Positions 56,201 through 60,902 are shown, counted from the first letter of the stretch. The stretch: DNA of 61,119 nucleotides from an uncultured Hyphomicrobiales bacterium (GCA_964577665.1 CAZOBD010000007.1:1-61119), one strand, 5' to 3'. The notes: generated by a model from the letters alone, not told the origin. A program made the numbers and translations.

Positions 56201-57996
56201 CCGGCTATGATTCGCCGGATTTGACTGTCAGCGATCCTTCACTGTTGGATATGAACGGTGAAATGCTGCGCCTCGGCGCAAGGAATAACGGATGTCCCGC
56301 ATCATGGAAGTATTCTGAATTAGTGAATCTCAGCTTTGAAATGCTACCTTCGCTCGAAATCAGTCCGGCTTCTCAGACGGTTTGTATTAACGAGCAGGGT
56401 ACGGTTGAACTTGATGCCGATGAAGCAGCCTCATACACTTGGCAGAAGAAAAACGGCTCTGGAGGCTGGGATGATCTGACTGACGGAACGAATTACAGCG
56501 GCACGGATCATTATATACTGACATTCAGCAATTTAGCAGAAGGACAGCATGAATTCAGAGCAATAATCGGAAGCAGATACTGTCCTGAAAGAACATCCAA
56601 TACAGCACTTGTGTATGTTACCCTGCAGCCTGTCTTTACAGACCATCCTGAAAATGCCACGGTTGATTCGGGAGACGGACATACCTTCTCAGCTTCGGCG
56701 ACGAATGCAGCTTCTTATAAATGGCAGTACCTTGACGGTTCTTCCTGGTCGGATTTGAATAACGGAGGAGTTTATTCGGGCGTTATGACAGAAAACCTGA
56801 CGATTTCAGATGTTGACGGTCTCGACGGAACAACTTACCGCCTGACGGCAAGAAACGGCAATTGTCCCTGGGTTTCCTCAAACAGCGCCACACTTACCGT
56901 TCCTCAACCGCAGGGTTCTGTAACGCTTGTATCGCCTTCAAACAGCAATACAATTACTTCGCTGACTCCTACTTTAGTCTGGGACAGCGACGCAATAAAT
57001 CCGGTGTTCAGAGTGCAGGTAGCCGATGACCAGAATTTCAACAATATTATTTTCAGCAATAATAACGTAACTTCTGAAAATATAGCGTTACCCTCAGGAA
57101 CACTAAGCTGGGAGGAAACATATTACTGGAGAGTATCTATCGGTTCGGGCACATTTACTCCTGCATGGTGGTTCCAAACTCATTATCCGAGTTTGACAAT
57201 CAGCATACCGGATGTATATACATGCCCAAACTCATCGGCGACTCTCGGCGGAATAAATATTGTTACCGGAGGCTCAGGCAGCTATACATACTCATGGACG
57301 CCGTCAGCAGGTCTGAACGATGCAACAATATCAAATCCGGTTATATCTAATGCTACACAGACAACAACGTTTACGCTTTCAGTGATAGATCAGGCTGTTC
57401 CAAGCAGAACATTTACTGAAAAATGCGTTCTGACAGTTTATCCTCAAACAAATGTAACTATTACACGAAGGATAAGAGTTTCCAAAGGTGATTATATTTC
57501 CCTTGGGAACTATATTACCAGCCTCTCCGGTGCGCCTCCAATATCTTATGAATGGCGTGACAAGGATGATAATCTTATCTCAACTGATCCCAATCCAAGT
57601 GTTGAAATAAAAGACCACAATGCTTTTGAGGTTACTATATGGGATGGTGCAGGATGCGGCTCAGACAGTGATGAAATGGGCGTTATTGCACTCAGGATTT
57701 CGGGCAGCGAACTTTCCGAAGAGGATATTGACGACCTTATGAACGGAAACAGCGTTATCAGAGTTTATCCGAATCCAACCAGTTCGGTTATAAATGTTGA
57801 AGCAGTATTCCCCGAAAAAGCGAAGGTTGAGTTTACACTAATTGACCTTCCCGGAAGAGTTCTGCAGCGGTTCAGCAAGGAAGACATTAGCTCTTATGAA
57901 GGTTCCGTTGACCTTACGGATTATCCTTCCGGATCTTATACTCTGATAATCAGTGTGAACGGAAGAAATTACACTCAGAAGATTATTAAGCAATAA
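38248..57996 (+). CDS. giant T9SS-sorted surface protein (Ig-like repeats, FG-GAP/VCBS propeller blocks, FN3, NHL propellers)
   Basis: A single uninterrupted ORF. Start taken at MKFFRLIIPFAVMFFALQLYA (ATG 38248, GGGAG upstream); the track start is 38203. Domain architecture is described under findings. C-terminal Por/T9SS sorting domain. Confidence 0.9.
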   Translation: MKFFRLIIPFAVMFFALQLYAVDPDFTGQQPESQIVAPICSASFTSNPSGTIIDRYQWRMSTDGGTNWTEIVDDNQYYFGATTTALELRTLSEEDGYEFQMYVVVGSSTFYSSSATITLTHFTDTEMDFTGLKYSALAWADFNNDNWLDAVVCGYNASGTYTKIYKNIAVGGGNTSRTFQELSEGTTGLPPISNGDLYVSDFNNDENLDIVFVGAAPSGLTFTVFTGNADFTFDHYWSHTLGMHYSSVACGDLDRDGLADIAANGEDESGTSWFTALKNNLNGTGERFIDKTADWGFTVIYQPQGFPPLSYGPANLTKGSVDLGDYDKDGDIDVLVTGVPTNTFPDTQTQFYRTVVFENADLGDFDRLHKDQDGLRDFAFGSGVFFDYDGDGDLDVLLSGAFESPFPDHYDTKIYESNGVFWEVLSENLESVYLNGTGIFGDFTNNGILDLFQAGKRYSYGPIAKAWLNGGLNSGAIGEFTEASGTFTGVMNESAAFGDYNKDGKLDILLAGETSAGVVTKLYKNHACLGSYDPGTPAGLTFKQLGEEQITMIWEDAADNFPAYDYLTYNLYLMSQTGTSVTVSPLSDRSTGYRRVPRRGNAGANLEWTIVNIGEGEYNWGVQSIDNRYAGSPFQSSTLTVYPLPDYYCGDCYMSNCNPSSVTICPEEDWTMTSTPCHANEWKWQVFLNNQWVDINNNLPGGSQYSGETTTAILFQEIAEEMHQTLFRMAARNHQAPISWVYSEPASIFLKGFPTFSPHPKSATVSAREGYTFWGDVSAVTGQPGWNGTISAWKWQLKLNGETQWQDIQEGANFGAVFTGTTTSKLSLNLVEQHHRTQFRLLVQTHICPKYPGHPNHWFGSNPATLTIYGNFYDIGMDLAGVSYSSSLWADFDNDGWLDILVTGRSGRVWQYPFSKIYHNIPSSTIPGASRTFSAVNLGSTTLAGVEFGHASVGDYNNDGLLDILLTGEDTDGNRIAKLYRNDNKSPFTPPSGTITYSSGTFTEVNTVFTGMKHSCSDWGDYNNDGWQDVIITGEKSGGTRYSTILYKNNGDGSFSQVTTNIENLAGGQVDWGDVDNDGDLDLLLTGINNSYQNKSYIYLNNNGSFTDSGSELEGVRQGAALFGDYNDDGLLDALIGGFYDIGPLYCTTKLYQNQGSGSFTEVDADLPAFRSGTADWGDYDNDGDQDLLMTGYSAVSNIFSIVFANETNGGSASFTNIQSSIAPMFHSSCQFGDYDKDGFLDILHTGENQGYSYARVWRNNGLDPNTRPYKPENLSIRQYTANSVHLYWEAPDPWDQGISGTETPKDALTYNIYVGTEPQFIDIMSPHSKTTADNDNGLNGLRRTVDFGNTSNSTVWEIKDLPVGGGYKWGVQSIDNAFAGSEFANGTFIIYDLPDYTNAHPASVTVCPEESVTFTSEPVNSNEWKWQILWQNTWQDVTSVNIDGVSYNGADDTRLIIDYAVEELHKISYRLGARNHNAPYTWAFSNPAAIYFKYYPDFTKHPSSATIRAEEHTFTAQYDLDNYSGKALNIQHQWQQKAPSDTEWYDVTESGYTGINDTQLVLDDPDFRHLYEYRLKVSSPVVCPQTWFVSNAATLHILPIFSDIDLDGTVFDDMKNGLVEWVDFDNDGDLDLFYTGIFTGQAGKQTRLYKNNNNNFTKFYDGNDPIIAYNKSIAWGDYDGDGDIDLIEIGSFGGKILEIYRNDPTTFTGILSEVEVAPNWTSGYTDWADFDNDGDIDAFVTGTYVDGDRTHIYFNSNGAFSRIDAGQLGLVNLAHSAADIGDVNNDGYLDIVLSGVIHGTQSRLTRVYLNNGSASFTLSQELFGVSQSSVALGDIDNDGDLDLAYCGTDGTDYYVKIYENLSGTFVDRTTVSDFTGVYNGKVALADFDNDGDIDLLVTGMYSDGGVDKPSTKLYRNDGNFNFREMGTTGLDNLSSSFAWGDYDNDGAIDVALIGLDSDDNKHTSVYRNLNALKNTPPSSPADLTYDDVDVCEHDYVTLQWNASSDNETPSNGLSYNIYISRTPFANDVKPGMADNSAANTGFRRIVRIGNAGANTSYTFTNPGSGVYYWGVQAIDAGFASSSFTSSTFSLCPKVDFTGQHPSDVTTCPGLSVSYSSDPQFAIEYIWQYNKNDGSGWQDVTDAGTPFAYTFHSYNKTVIINNVEYSVVAQTRLEIDPVTVSLHDYKFRLKAGNKCCPGLGADYVESDPATLWVYQHAAFTSHPADYFACQDGSASFTAEAASPNEGPYQWQVCYLNDYSDVFDWGAGGTGNGELRDPVSIAYDDNGNVYVVDAGNSRIQKFSSDGVYERKWGSYGSGNYQFRNPVGIAANSNTVFVADKYNFRILVYDQNGVFLRKWGQNGYNPEDFKMITAVAVDANGYVYVTDELLGVVKKFDNLGNHKVNFGSANLTSPQGVAVAANGDVFVSDDGKVKKFVKVNETTYNYSDEWTSSNPKGLDVDMHGNVFVVDEVNDEVKKFNKYKDNTADLNSGQLNLPLDVAVTQDGKTAFVCSYGGDEVVRYSVEWQDISGGGDYSGYTNTILNVNSNITLKDQSEYRLANIIDGCPDNDYSRSYSNSATLTVAEEPAFTGQPADATACEGDNAYFAVSLTNQNEIKWEFSTNNGSNWADVTDNGEYSGSETVNLTVSLVDFAKNNFYFRAKARNHGCPADWENSSPASLTVVPEPTITFTGPETNTFMCEDGSADFEMSVSPEPSQTYIYDFKWQRKTGSGWNDISGYPFSGTDTRTLSILDGNGIDSADQFRLLVRINDCPAGDRDGYESPVITVNHILSPVFVNCYPSPESIYACEEYGVSFSFSDADISNDNTYQWQYAKNEDFTLAFTIEDAPGYGTLDNPSGIAFGPGNVLYVVDSGKDRIMKFDADGSHLLKFGEEGLHDGQFQHPYGIAVDPAGNVWVTDKVLHRITKFDSGGNFQTNWGSQGPGIDQVDNPSGIAADENGNVYVADTDNDRIMVTNSSGNYLRNWAVTKPRGIKVYNGYVYVTHGNDGFKKFDKNGSEISISDKDFGSNLRLFDFGPFGYFYAADKGGGSILKRESDGTSQVTATANPSEPVGAAVNHANNYLYITDHTNDRVEVYSPDWEDISDNSVFSGSQTRTLAISDPTGMHGWYFRLRASNTMTGHQCPSTWVSSCPATLEVHEQPVFATAAYNQTVCYQWDGSSTYTINMEVNPATTYQWKWFDGSVWEDLSSDDHYSGVNTPDLSIAADYNLGGDPDLANQMYRLEVQNNGCPDTWAKSGVVTLHFEVLPYFDQQPADVTACAGESATFFASATFTTGGGLEWQYRDLLDYSTSQTFGGYGYDQGQFEHPIVIAVDGEGYVYITDSNPRNHRIQKFTPDGQTVIDEFGEFGVGYGQFYKPYGIAVTPDGNEVYITDRNNHRVQVFARSSGTYGIARQWGGLGSGSGQFNKPRGIDVFDYAGQRRVIVADQDNNRVQVFDANGNYITEFNGSGSAGGEFENPTGLAIDGIGFVYVVDHKKHIVQKWVTYDGGNTFEYYDQIGTGYSRADGQFSYPEDVDHDKYDNIYVIERESPDWSRIQKFDHLGNHVKSFGYYGNEFGQFNLPKGIGVSPANNWIYVSDSLKNRVQIFGYPWKKLESSSSFTVTTGMTSGTVYIPDVTNMDGFKFRLKAWNDANCCFDFGCSNPSSTVYSDEAELTVPNEPVFFSYNQPVSVTVCETYPAVFTSSPYYSNEYVWERLIGNTWMDITDTPSYSGINSNTLTVINTIYNGLHKAVYRMVARNSGCPRTGVPSDPVTLSIIPIPIIPDPPDATVCIGEDYTYSMPNIVYSDTWRWQGFSTADNSWTDLENTTMNNVTYSGVYTTQLIIQNANLDIDYSHFRIKAKHEGCPPSWQYSEASRMLVPEEPDFSGESPSNHTACINFTYYLNSNPDNANEYLWQIKDGGVWTDLYATGPGGVNYNGFQTTELTIVNPAPLAGGTHEFRMKARNEGCPRTWNMSHIRTVKVPLMPAADMADATVCENYGITLAPVSWSNANEFQWQIITSDVYNENNFEDVQSSSYAARFTDYTTPNLDLSMADYDMNGFWFRLTMRNDGCPISWYESAPMQLTVRKQPVITGLSPMSTSVCEDEVYNVTATVIDGNLFEWEYSDDNGQNYSLASTLTAVSGASTVNLSVGSVTTSMNGWMFRIKAKNISCPSTWVTSEAATLLITPKPQFYKHPQSVTVYSGNHTFTAAASPADTYRWEIMYPGGTWAPVVSSATFSGVNQTALTITDITKVGTTVYRLGAKYMGCNTTWTYSNEATLYVPRQFVYQDDIDNLVQLCGSAGVWGDYDNDGWLDLLVSGASDSGTFTKIYRNNGDNSFTETFDLTGVYNSSAAWGDYDNDGYIDVLLSGNTGSGVITKIYRNTSGTGFTDISAALTGIESGNAEWGDYDNDGDLDIVLTGNSASGTFTAVYRNDGAGVFTDINVGLTECSNSDVQWGDYDNDGRLDILLTGESSSGKFAKIYRNTGGSFAGILAAVTEISHSASAWGDYDQDGDLDFIITGDNGTNLVTRLYRNDGGGNFTEINPGITGLKDGHIAWGDYDNDGDFDIVILGLDNSATRRIELYRNDNGTFNIVPQAVSGLTTDVANGEASFGDYDNDGDIDLIVTGCDDSNGRFTGVYKNIEIKGNTPPSAPDNLSVNLSSCSSASFTWSQSSDDNTDSDGLSYNIVISKQQDWSDMIVSPMAWVTSNTFGFRRVARLGNTNMKNGWTVEGLDIGTYYWSVQAIDNAFLGSPFASAQVFHISYQYAGTHPEDATVCENDSHIFQAGPTNANTYRWYMSTDNGISWAQLADGGTYSGVQTVNLTIDHAVPALSGNLYRLYTRFDNCPSSWNRSNPAELTVTQIPDFTGNQPYPANATVCIGDEYNVWANPANADEFQWQIWNGSIWEDMAGENSNTFTISAVDVSNDDSMYRLKARNMGCPDSWIFSESAHLRVPTNPEFGSYSTSITVCDEDNAYITVDVSNANDLQWMIKQGAGYVSLTNATYYSGVKTNSLTILNVSSTFSGNQYKLYAQNDGCPVPPAETNDIILYVTDLPEFTVQPADTRICSNVSTVLTSKAEPADQYKWQKGNDLFWVDLTDNTVYNGINNTALTINDPTDLNGWYFRLSAKNSGCPLTWKHSDRALLTVIGIPDFTNAQLPNTTICYGDSHTFISTPEPADEYQWQIWNVSTWENLVSGGAYTGVDDTKFIINNVDYSYDGSRYRLLARNNGCPPTWEMSDPFEIVVPRNPEFSPGNQPFSATACLGGEWTFTAAPDYTDEYQWQFYYYASETWFDLPNTGIYSGTNTSALYISDIEGVFVGRYNLYRLLVRHQGCPASWIYSNEVSLFVPQEPDFTDEHPVNATACEGDRWTFTSDPENANVFKWQVNEGGGWIDITNGGYYSGAQSKHLIIDPLPVGTRQFRLLAQNDGCPQSWARSNPAELFVPVTPVFTNHPQSRTLCDAAGVTFTASATNVSQYRWQQYTNVLGVDRWENITDVTIYSGAGTNTLVVSDLSGFDEITLFRLTAVNDGCPDPYLASNVATLYLPERLTFAGNHPSDATVCESNTHQFASQPVNALDYQWQVNNGGGWIDITNNAVYDGVESTLLTINDVSGLNGNYYRLSALGGGCPTTWTHSNAARLRVPPAPDFTGNHPQNQIICLSGSAAFESNPANANQFLWQKFNNNIWVDLNEDPPDNPYTGVTTTRLVISDVSGLNNARYRLRAKNDGCPDNWVISNEAALIISTEPDFSGVTYTDATVCINETHTFTIDPADADEYQWVRIDGGTPVVLSEGSEYSGVTTESLIVTKSASGNYEYKLRARYNGCPSTWKVSESVYLEVTADPDFSGVTYTDATVCLKEEHIFTVSPSNADKYQWIRIDGGTPVVLSNNAGYTGVNTQSLTVNKSSAGDFEYRLRAKNNNCPSSWAESLSMYLMVLADPDFTGQQPADATICENGTHTFSSNPSNANEYRWEMWNGSSFDALTSGEGFTGYDSPDLTVSDPSLLDMNGEMLRLGARNNGCPASWKYSELVNLSFEMLPSLEISPASQTVCINEQGTVELDADEAASYTWQKKNGSGGWDDLTDGTNYSGTDHYILTFSNLAEGQHEFRAIIGSRYCPERTSNTALVYVTLQPVFTDHPENATVDSGDGHTFSASATNAASYKWQYLDGSSWSDLNNGGVYSGVMTENLTISDVDGLDGTTYRLTARNGNCPWVSSNSATLTVPQPQGSVTLVSPSNSNTITSLTPTLVWDSDAINPVFRVQVADDQNFNNIIFSNNNVTSENIALPSGTLSWEETYYWRVSIGSGTFTPAWWFQTHYPSLTISIPDVYTCPNSSATLGGINIVTGGSGSYTYSWTPSAGLNDATISNPVISNATQTTTFTLSVIDQAVPSRTFTEKCVLTVYPQTNVTITRRIRVSKGDYISLGNYITSLSGAPPISYEWRDKDDNLISTDPNPSVEIKDHNAFEVTIWDGAGCGSDSDEMGVIALRISGSELSEEDIDDLMNGNSVIRVYPNPTSSVINVEAVFPEKAKVEFTLIDLPGRVLQRFSKEDISSYEGSVDLTDYPSGSYTLIISVNGRNYTQKIIKQ
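38620..39840 (+). other. FG-GAP/VCBS repeat block 1 of the giant protein (FN3-like domain follows, ~39841-40170)
   Basis: Recurrent WADFNNDNWLD / GDLDRDGLADI / GDYDKDGDIDVLVTG / GDYNKDGKLDILLAG motifs. Boundaries set by eye. Confidence 0.65.
40855..42040 (+). other. FG-GAP/VCBS repeat block 2 (FN3-like domain ~42041-42425)
   Basis: WADFDNDGWLDILVTG, GDYNNDGLLDILLTG, WGDVDNDGDLDLLLTG and similar. Boundaries set by eye. Confidence 0.65.
43041..44170 (+). other. FG-GAP/VCBS repeat block 3 (FN3-like domain ~44171-44525)
   Basis: WVDFDNDGDLDLFYTG, WGDYDGDGDIDLIE, WADFDNDGDIDAFVTG, GDIDNDGDLDLAYCG. Boundaries set by eye. Confidence 0.65.
45040..45810 (+). other. NHL-repeat beta-propeller block 1
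   Basis: Repeats of type LRDPVSIAYDDNGNVYVVDAGNSRIQKFSSDGVY / FRNPVGIAANSNTVFVADKYNFRILVYDQNG. Boundaries set by eye. Confidence 0.65.
46780..47525 (+). other. NHL-repeat beta-propeller block 2
   Basis: LDNPSGIAFGPGNVLYVVDSGKDRIMKFDADGSH / FQHPYGIAVDPAGNVWVTDKVLHRITKFDSGG and similar. Confidence 0.65.
48170..49060 (+). other. NHL-repeat beta-propeller block 3
   Basis: FEHPIVIAVDGEGYVYITDSNPRNHRIQKF / FYKPYGIAVTPDGNEVYITDRNNHRVQVF / FNKPRGIDVFD...VADQDNNRVQVFDANG and similar. Confidence 0.65.
51097..52180 (+). other. FG-GAP/VCBS repeat block 4 (FN3-like domain ~52181-52520)
   Basis: Seven near-regular WGDYDNDG(W/Y/D/R)LD..L(S/T)G units. Boundaries set by eye. Confidence 0.7.
55468..56037 (+). 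repeat. tandem duplication of one 285-nt Ig-like module inside the giant gene
   Basis: Units 55468-55752 and 55753-56037 encode ..PDFSGVTYTDATVC(I/L)..YQW(V/I)RIDGGTPVVLS... They are much more alike than neighbouring modules are to each other. Confidence 0.75.
57753..57993 (+). other. T9SS (Por) C-terminal sorting domain of the giant protein
   Basis: VIRVYPNPTSSVINVEAVFPEKAKVEFTLIDLPGRVL...SGSYTLIISVNGRNYTQKIIKQ. Confidence 0.8.
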
Positions 57997-58028
57997 TTTC
58001 CTGACAAAAAAACCTAAGAAATAAAATT

Positions 58029-58063
58029 GTCCGGTACTTTCATTAGTGCCGGACATTTTCTTT
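58029..58063 (+). terminator. Rho-independent terminator after the giant gene
   Basis: gtccggtac / gtgccggac stem (one mismatch) followed by TTTTCTTT. Confidence 0.65.
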
Positions 58064-58437
58064 AGATTATAATTGACATCAGACAAGATAACCCATATCG
58101 TAAACACTATTTTTTGAAATACAATAAACCCAATATTGTCATTAGAAGAGAACACATTTACCGGAATCCTTTCTCCTAAGGGGAAAAGACTTTCAAGAAA
58201 AAGCAGCAAGGATTGGGTTTCTGCGAGAAAGGAATATTTCTAATGGCACTTACGTGATAAATGCAGTAAAGGATTTTTTCCAAAAAGTACTCTTGTTGAT
58301 ACTTTCTACAATATTTGTTGAACACTTGCACACAACGAAAAAAAATCAATCTCATTATTTTACATAAAATCGTATTATACAAACCAACTTTTATTATGAC
58401 GATACATCTTCGATTTGGAAAAGTTCGGAAAAACACA

Positions 58438-58605
58438 CATGGGGATGAATATGAACTATAGAAGCAATCTCTAAGAAATCTACTGATGGTGGGAGATTGC
58501 TTCGCCGCTCCGCTCCTCGCAATGACTAATCGGTAGATGAAAAAGATGTCCAACATCTGGCAGATGTTGGACATCTAAAACGGTTGTGCAAGGGGATGAT
58601 TAAAA
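58438..58605. repeat. composite REP-like element cluster
   Basis: ggggatgaat, then gagattgcttcgccgctccgctcctcgcaatgac (a cattgcgag/gaagcaatc-type repeat), then family P palindrome P3 (58545-58575, perfect 15-bp arms), then aaggggatgatt. Confidence 0.75.
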
Positions 58606-58762
58606 TGGAATTTTATACAAGAGGAAAAAGTCATGTATAAATCCATAAAAATAAATACTTTAGCAAGTTGATTTTTTGAGTGAAAGATTGAATATATTTT
58701 GCAAATATAGGATACAATTATATGAGAAAATACAATTTACCCGCTAATAATAAAGAATTATT

Positions 58763-59572
58763 TTAATCAGTTTGATTATTCTGTACAAAGTCAAAAATCA
58801 AAATACGCTCGAAACCCGGCACCTGATAGTTTACCAAGGGGATGGTGAAAGCTTCGTTTTTTGTTTTATAAAAGCCTATGCCCTCTATAAACCAGATATT
58901 AAAGTATCTTGTGAATTTTATCGGCAGAGCGCCGTTTGCAACACCATCGAACTTGAATTCAACAGAATATTTATGTGCCGTATAGTCAATTCCTTTATAG
59001 GTTATCTGCTCTGTACCTTCTTTTAAGCCGTTGATATAAACAGTCGCTTCGATGTAACCCTTAAAGCCCATAATGTCTATGGCGGTGCTGTCAACTCCAA
59101 TCGTATCTATATGCCATGAGTCTTTGCCGGGATCAGCAAGCAGGTACCATTCATCGGGGAACTCGATTGGTATTTCGAAATCTACTTCTTCGAGATTTAT
59201 CCGGAAAATGCTCTGAAAAATGTCGGAATGAGTGTAAATTTTTCCATTTTCGACGTAGTAGTACTCCGTTCTGTTTTTCTCCCAGTTTATTCTTTCCTGG
59301 CTGATAAATCCTTCAAAAATATATGCGGTTTTGCCTAACTTTGTTTCGGTGCCGGTTACTGTAAGAGAATCAAAATACGGTGTTTCGCTGATTCTGCCGT
59401 TCGTGTCCAGCTCGTAAACCTCGCTAATCCAATAGTTTCCTTGAAACATTGGAATATATTCTTTATCACCGTTGGGAGTGGGGTCGGTTGAATTATCATC
59501 ATCACCGCATGAAACTGTTAAAAATAGAGAAATTAGTATCGCAAAAAATAGTGCAGCATTGATCCTTTTCAT
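58763..59572 (-). CDS. hypothetical lipoprotein
   Basis: 269 aa with a signal peptide and lipobox (LFLTVSCGDDDNS). No family recognised. Confidence 0.7.
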   Translation of the reverse strand: MKRINAALFFAILISLFLTVSCGDDDNSTDPTPNGDKEYIPMFQGNYWISEVYELDTNGRISETPYFDSLTVTGTETKLGKTAYIFEGFISQERINWEKNRTEYYYVENGKIYTHSDIFQSIFRINLEEVDFEIPIEFPDEWYLLADPGKDSWHIDTIGVDSTAIDIMGFKGYIEATVYINGLKEGTEQITYKGIDYTAHKYSVEFKFDGVANGALPIKFTRYFNIWFIEGIGFYKTKNEAFTIPLVNYQVPGFERILIFDFVQNNQTD

Positions 59573-59691
59573 ATCATACCTTTCTTTTTGTTAAATTGAT
59601 TTATTTCTTTAAAACGATTAATATTTAAAAATGTTGACTATTAAATGGTATTTGATTTATATCATTCCATTTTAAGAAACTCTTTAAGCAA

Positions 59692-59767
59692 GATGTCCAA
59701 CACCTTCAAGGTGTCCAACATCTGAAAAACAGATGTTGTGCATCTGAAGCGGGAATAAACAGATGAA
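59692..59767. repeat. family P palindrome cluster, copy P4
   Basis: gatgtccaacacctt-c-aaggtgtccaacatc overlapping caacatctg-aaaaa-cagatgttg. It ends with aataaacagatg, the reverse complement of the catctgtttatt motif. Confidence 0.8.
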
Positions 59768-59837
59768 TTCCTATTAAAAAAAATTTATTAACTACAATTG
59801 TAACGCTGCAATAAAATGCTCGTATTTAAAAAGTAAG

Positions 59838-60200
59838 ATGAATGCAGAAGAATTTCAGAAAGAAGTAACTAAGCACAGGGATAAGATGTTCCGGCTGGCA
59901 AGAAGGTTTCTTCGCACGAAAGAAGAGGCGGAAGACGCCGTGCAAGATGCTTTTGTGAAGCTCTGGGTTCGCAGAAACAAACTTAAAAAGGAAAGAAATC
60001 TTGAAGCGCTGGCTATGATTACAATGAAAAATCTATGTATTGACAACGGAAGAAAAACAAAAATTGAAAAATTGAGCCTTAATGAAGATATTAAGATTCG
60101 TATTGAAAAGAAGAAAATAAAGAAGATTGAGAAAGATTCTGAAATCGAAAAGGAAACAGAAATAGATAAACAGACTGAAACTGATACGGAATCCCCATAA
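59838..60200 (+). CDS. ECF-type sigma factor fragment (region 2 only) with K/E-rich tail
   Basis: 120 aa. Sigma70 region-2-like (MFRLARRFLRTKEEAEDAVQDAFVKLWVRR...NLEALAMITMKNLCID), but no region 4 HTH. The C-terminus is low-complexity (KKKIKKIEKDSEIEKETEIDKQTETD). Confidence 0.55.
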   Translation: MNAEEFQKEVTKHRDKMFRLARRFLRTKEEAEDAVQDAFVKLWVRRNKLKKERNLEALAMITMKNLCIDNGRKTKIEKLSLNEDIKIRIEKKKIKKIEKDSEIEKETEIDKQTETDTESP

Positions 60201-60269
60201 AAAAAGAGGCACTCCGGGGAGAACGGAATGCCTTCGGGGGGAGTCCAGGTATGGGGGAAACCATGGATA

Positions 60270-60749
60270 TCAATAATACATTTTTATGACCGAGCTAACA
60301 ACGCCCCATACATCAAACTTATCTGCATCGTCTATTTTTATGGAAGAATAATTTTCGTTTTCAGGTTCGAGAAATACGCTGCCTTCACGGTAGCGTATTC
60401 TTTTTACGAGAAGCTCATCATTAATTGCGGCTACGACAATTTTTCCGTCTTCGGGAGCAGCGCCGCAGTCAACCAGCAGTATGTCTCCGGTCTCTATTCC
60501 GGCTCCGCTCATGCTGTCTCCGCTGACCCTTATCAGAAAACTTTTTTCTGTTTCTTTCACTAAAAGTTCATTCAGATCAAGTTTTGCTTCGGTATAACCC
60601 GGTTTTTCATTAGTGTCAATTTCATAAAGGGGATTGATAGACAGCACACCTACGCCTTTCCGTCTTTTTAAAAGCCTGGTTTTAGCTTTTTGTCCCGGCG
60701 ACTTGCGTCTGTTTTTCCAGCTAATCATTATTTCGCTAACTTCTGTCAT
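60270..60749 (-). CDS. LexA/UmuD-like S24 family peptidase
   Basis: 159 aa with LDLNELLVKETEKSFLIRVSGDSMSGAGIETGDILLVD...GKIVVAAINDELLVKRIRY (Ser-Lys dyad context). The start codon is uncertain. Confidence 0.8.
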   Translation of the reverse strand: MTEVSEIMISWKNRRKSPGQKAKTRLLKRRKGVGVLSINPLYEIDTNEKPGYTEAKLDLNELLVKETEKSFLIRVSGDSMSGAGIETGDILLVDCGAAPEDGKIVVAAINDELLVKRIRYREGSVFLEPENENYSSIKIDDADKFDVWGVVSSVIKMYY

Positions 60750-60902
60750 ATCCCTTTTTTGCTTATGTAAAACAACTGCCTACATAAATAGCTAATACCA
60801 TGCCAGAAATTATATCGCTAATAATATCAATATCTTAGCAAAACGCTTTTCAAGAGATGATTTTTACTCTTTTGAAACAAGCATGATTTGGGAAATCAGT
60901 TT

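Noticed and set aside
38794-57350. About 30 short ORFs (60-146 aa) on the minus strand or in alternative frames within the giant gene
   Set aside because: All are embedded in a 19.7-kb uninterrupted ORF with strong, periodic domain signatures. None has a recognisable motif. They are expected by chance at this length and composition.
38248-57996. Diversity-generating retroelement or phase-variation cassette acting on the repeated modules of the giant gene
   Set aside because: There is no reverse transcriptase gene and no template/variable repeat pair with adenine-specific differences. No invertible-promoter-type inverted repeats were seen upstream. The modules differ throughout, as in ordinary divergent duplication.
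58176-58574. 132-aa minus-strand ORF after the giant gene
   Set aside because: It is built from REP-like repeat DNA (VIARSGAAKQSPT is the familiar translation of the cattgcgag...gaagcaatc repeat). It has no start context or domain.
60228-60563. 111-aa plus-strand ORF opposite the UmuD-like gene
   Set aside because: It is antisense to an ORF with clear S24 peptidase motifs and has no recognisable features.
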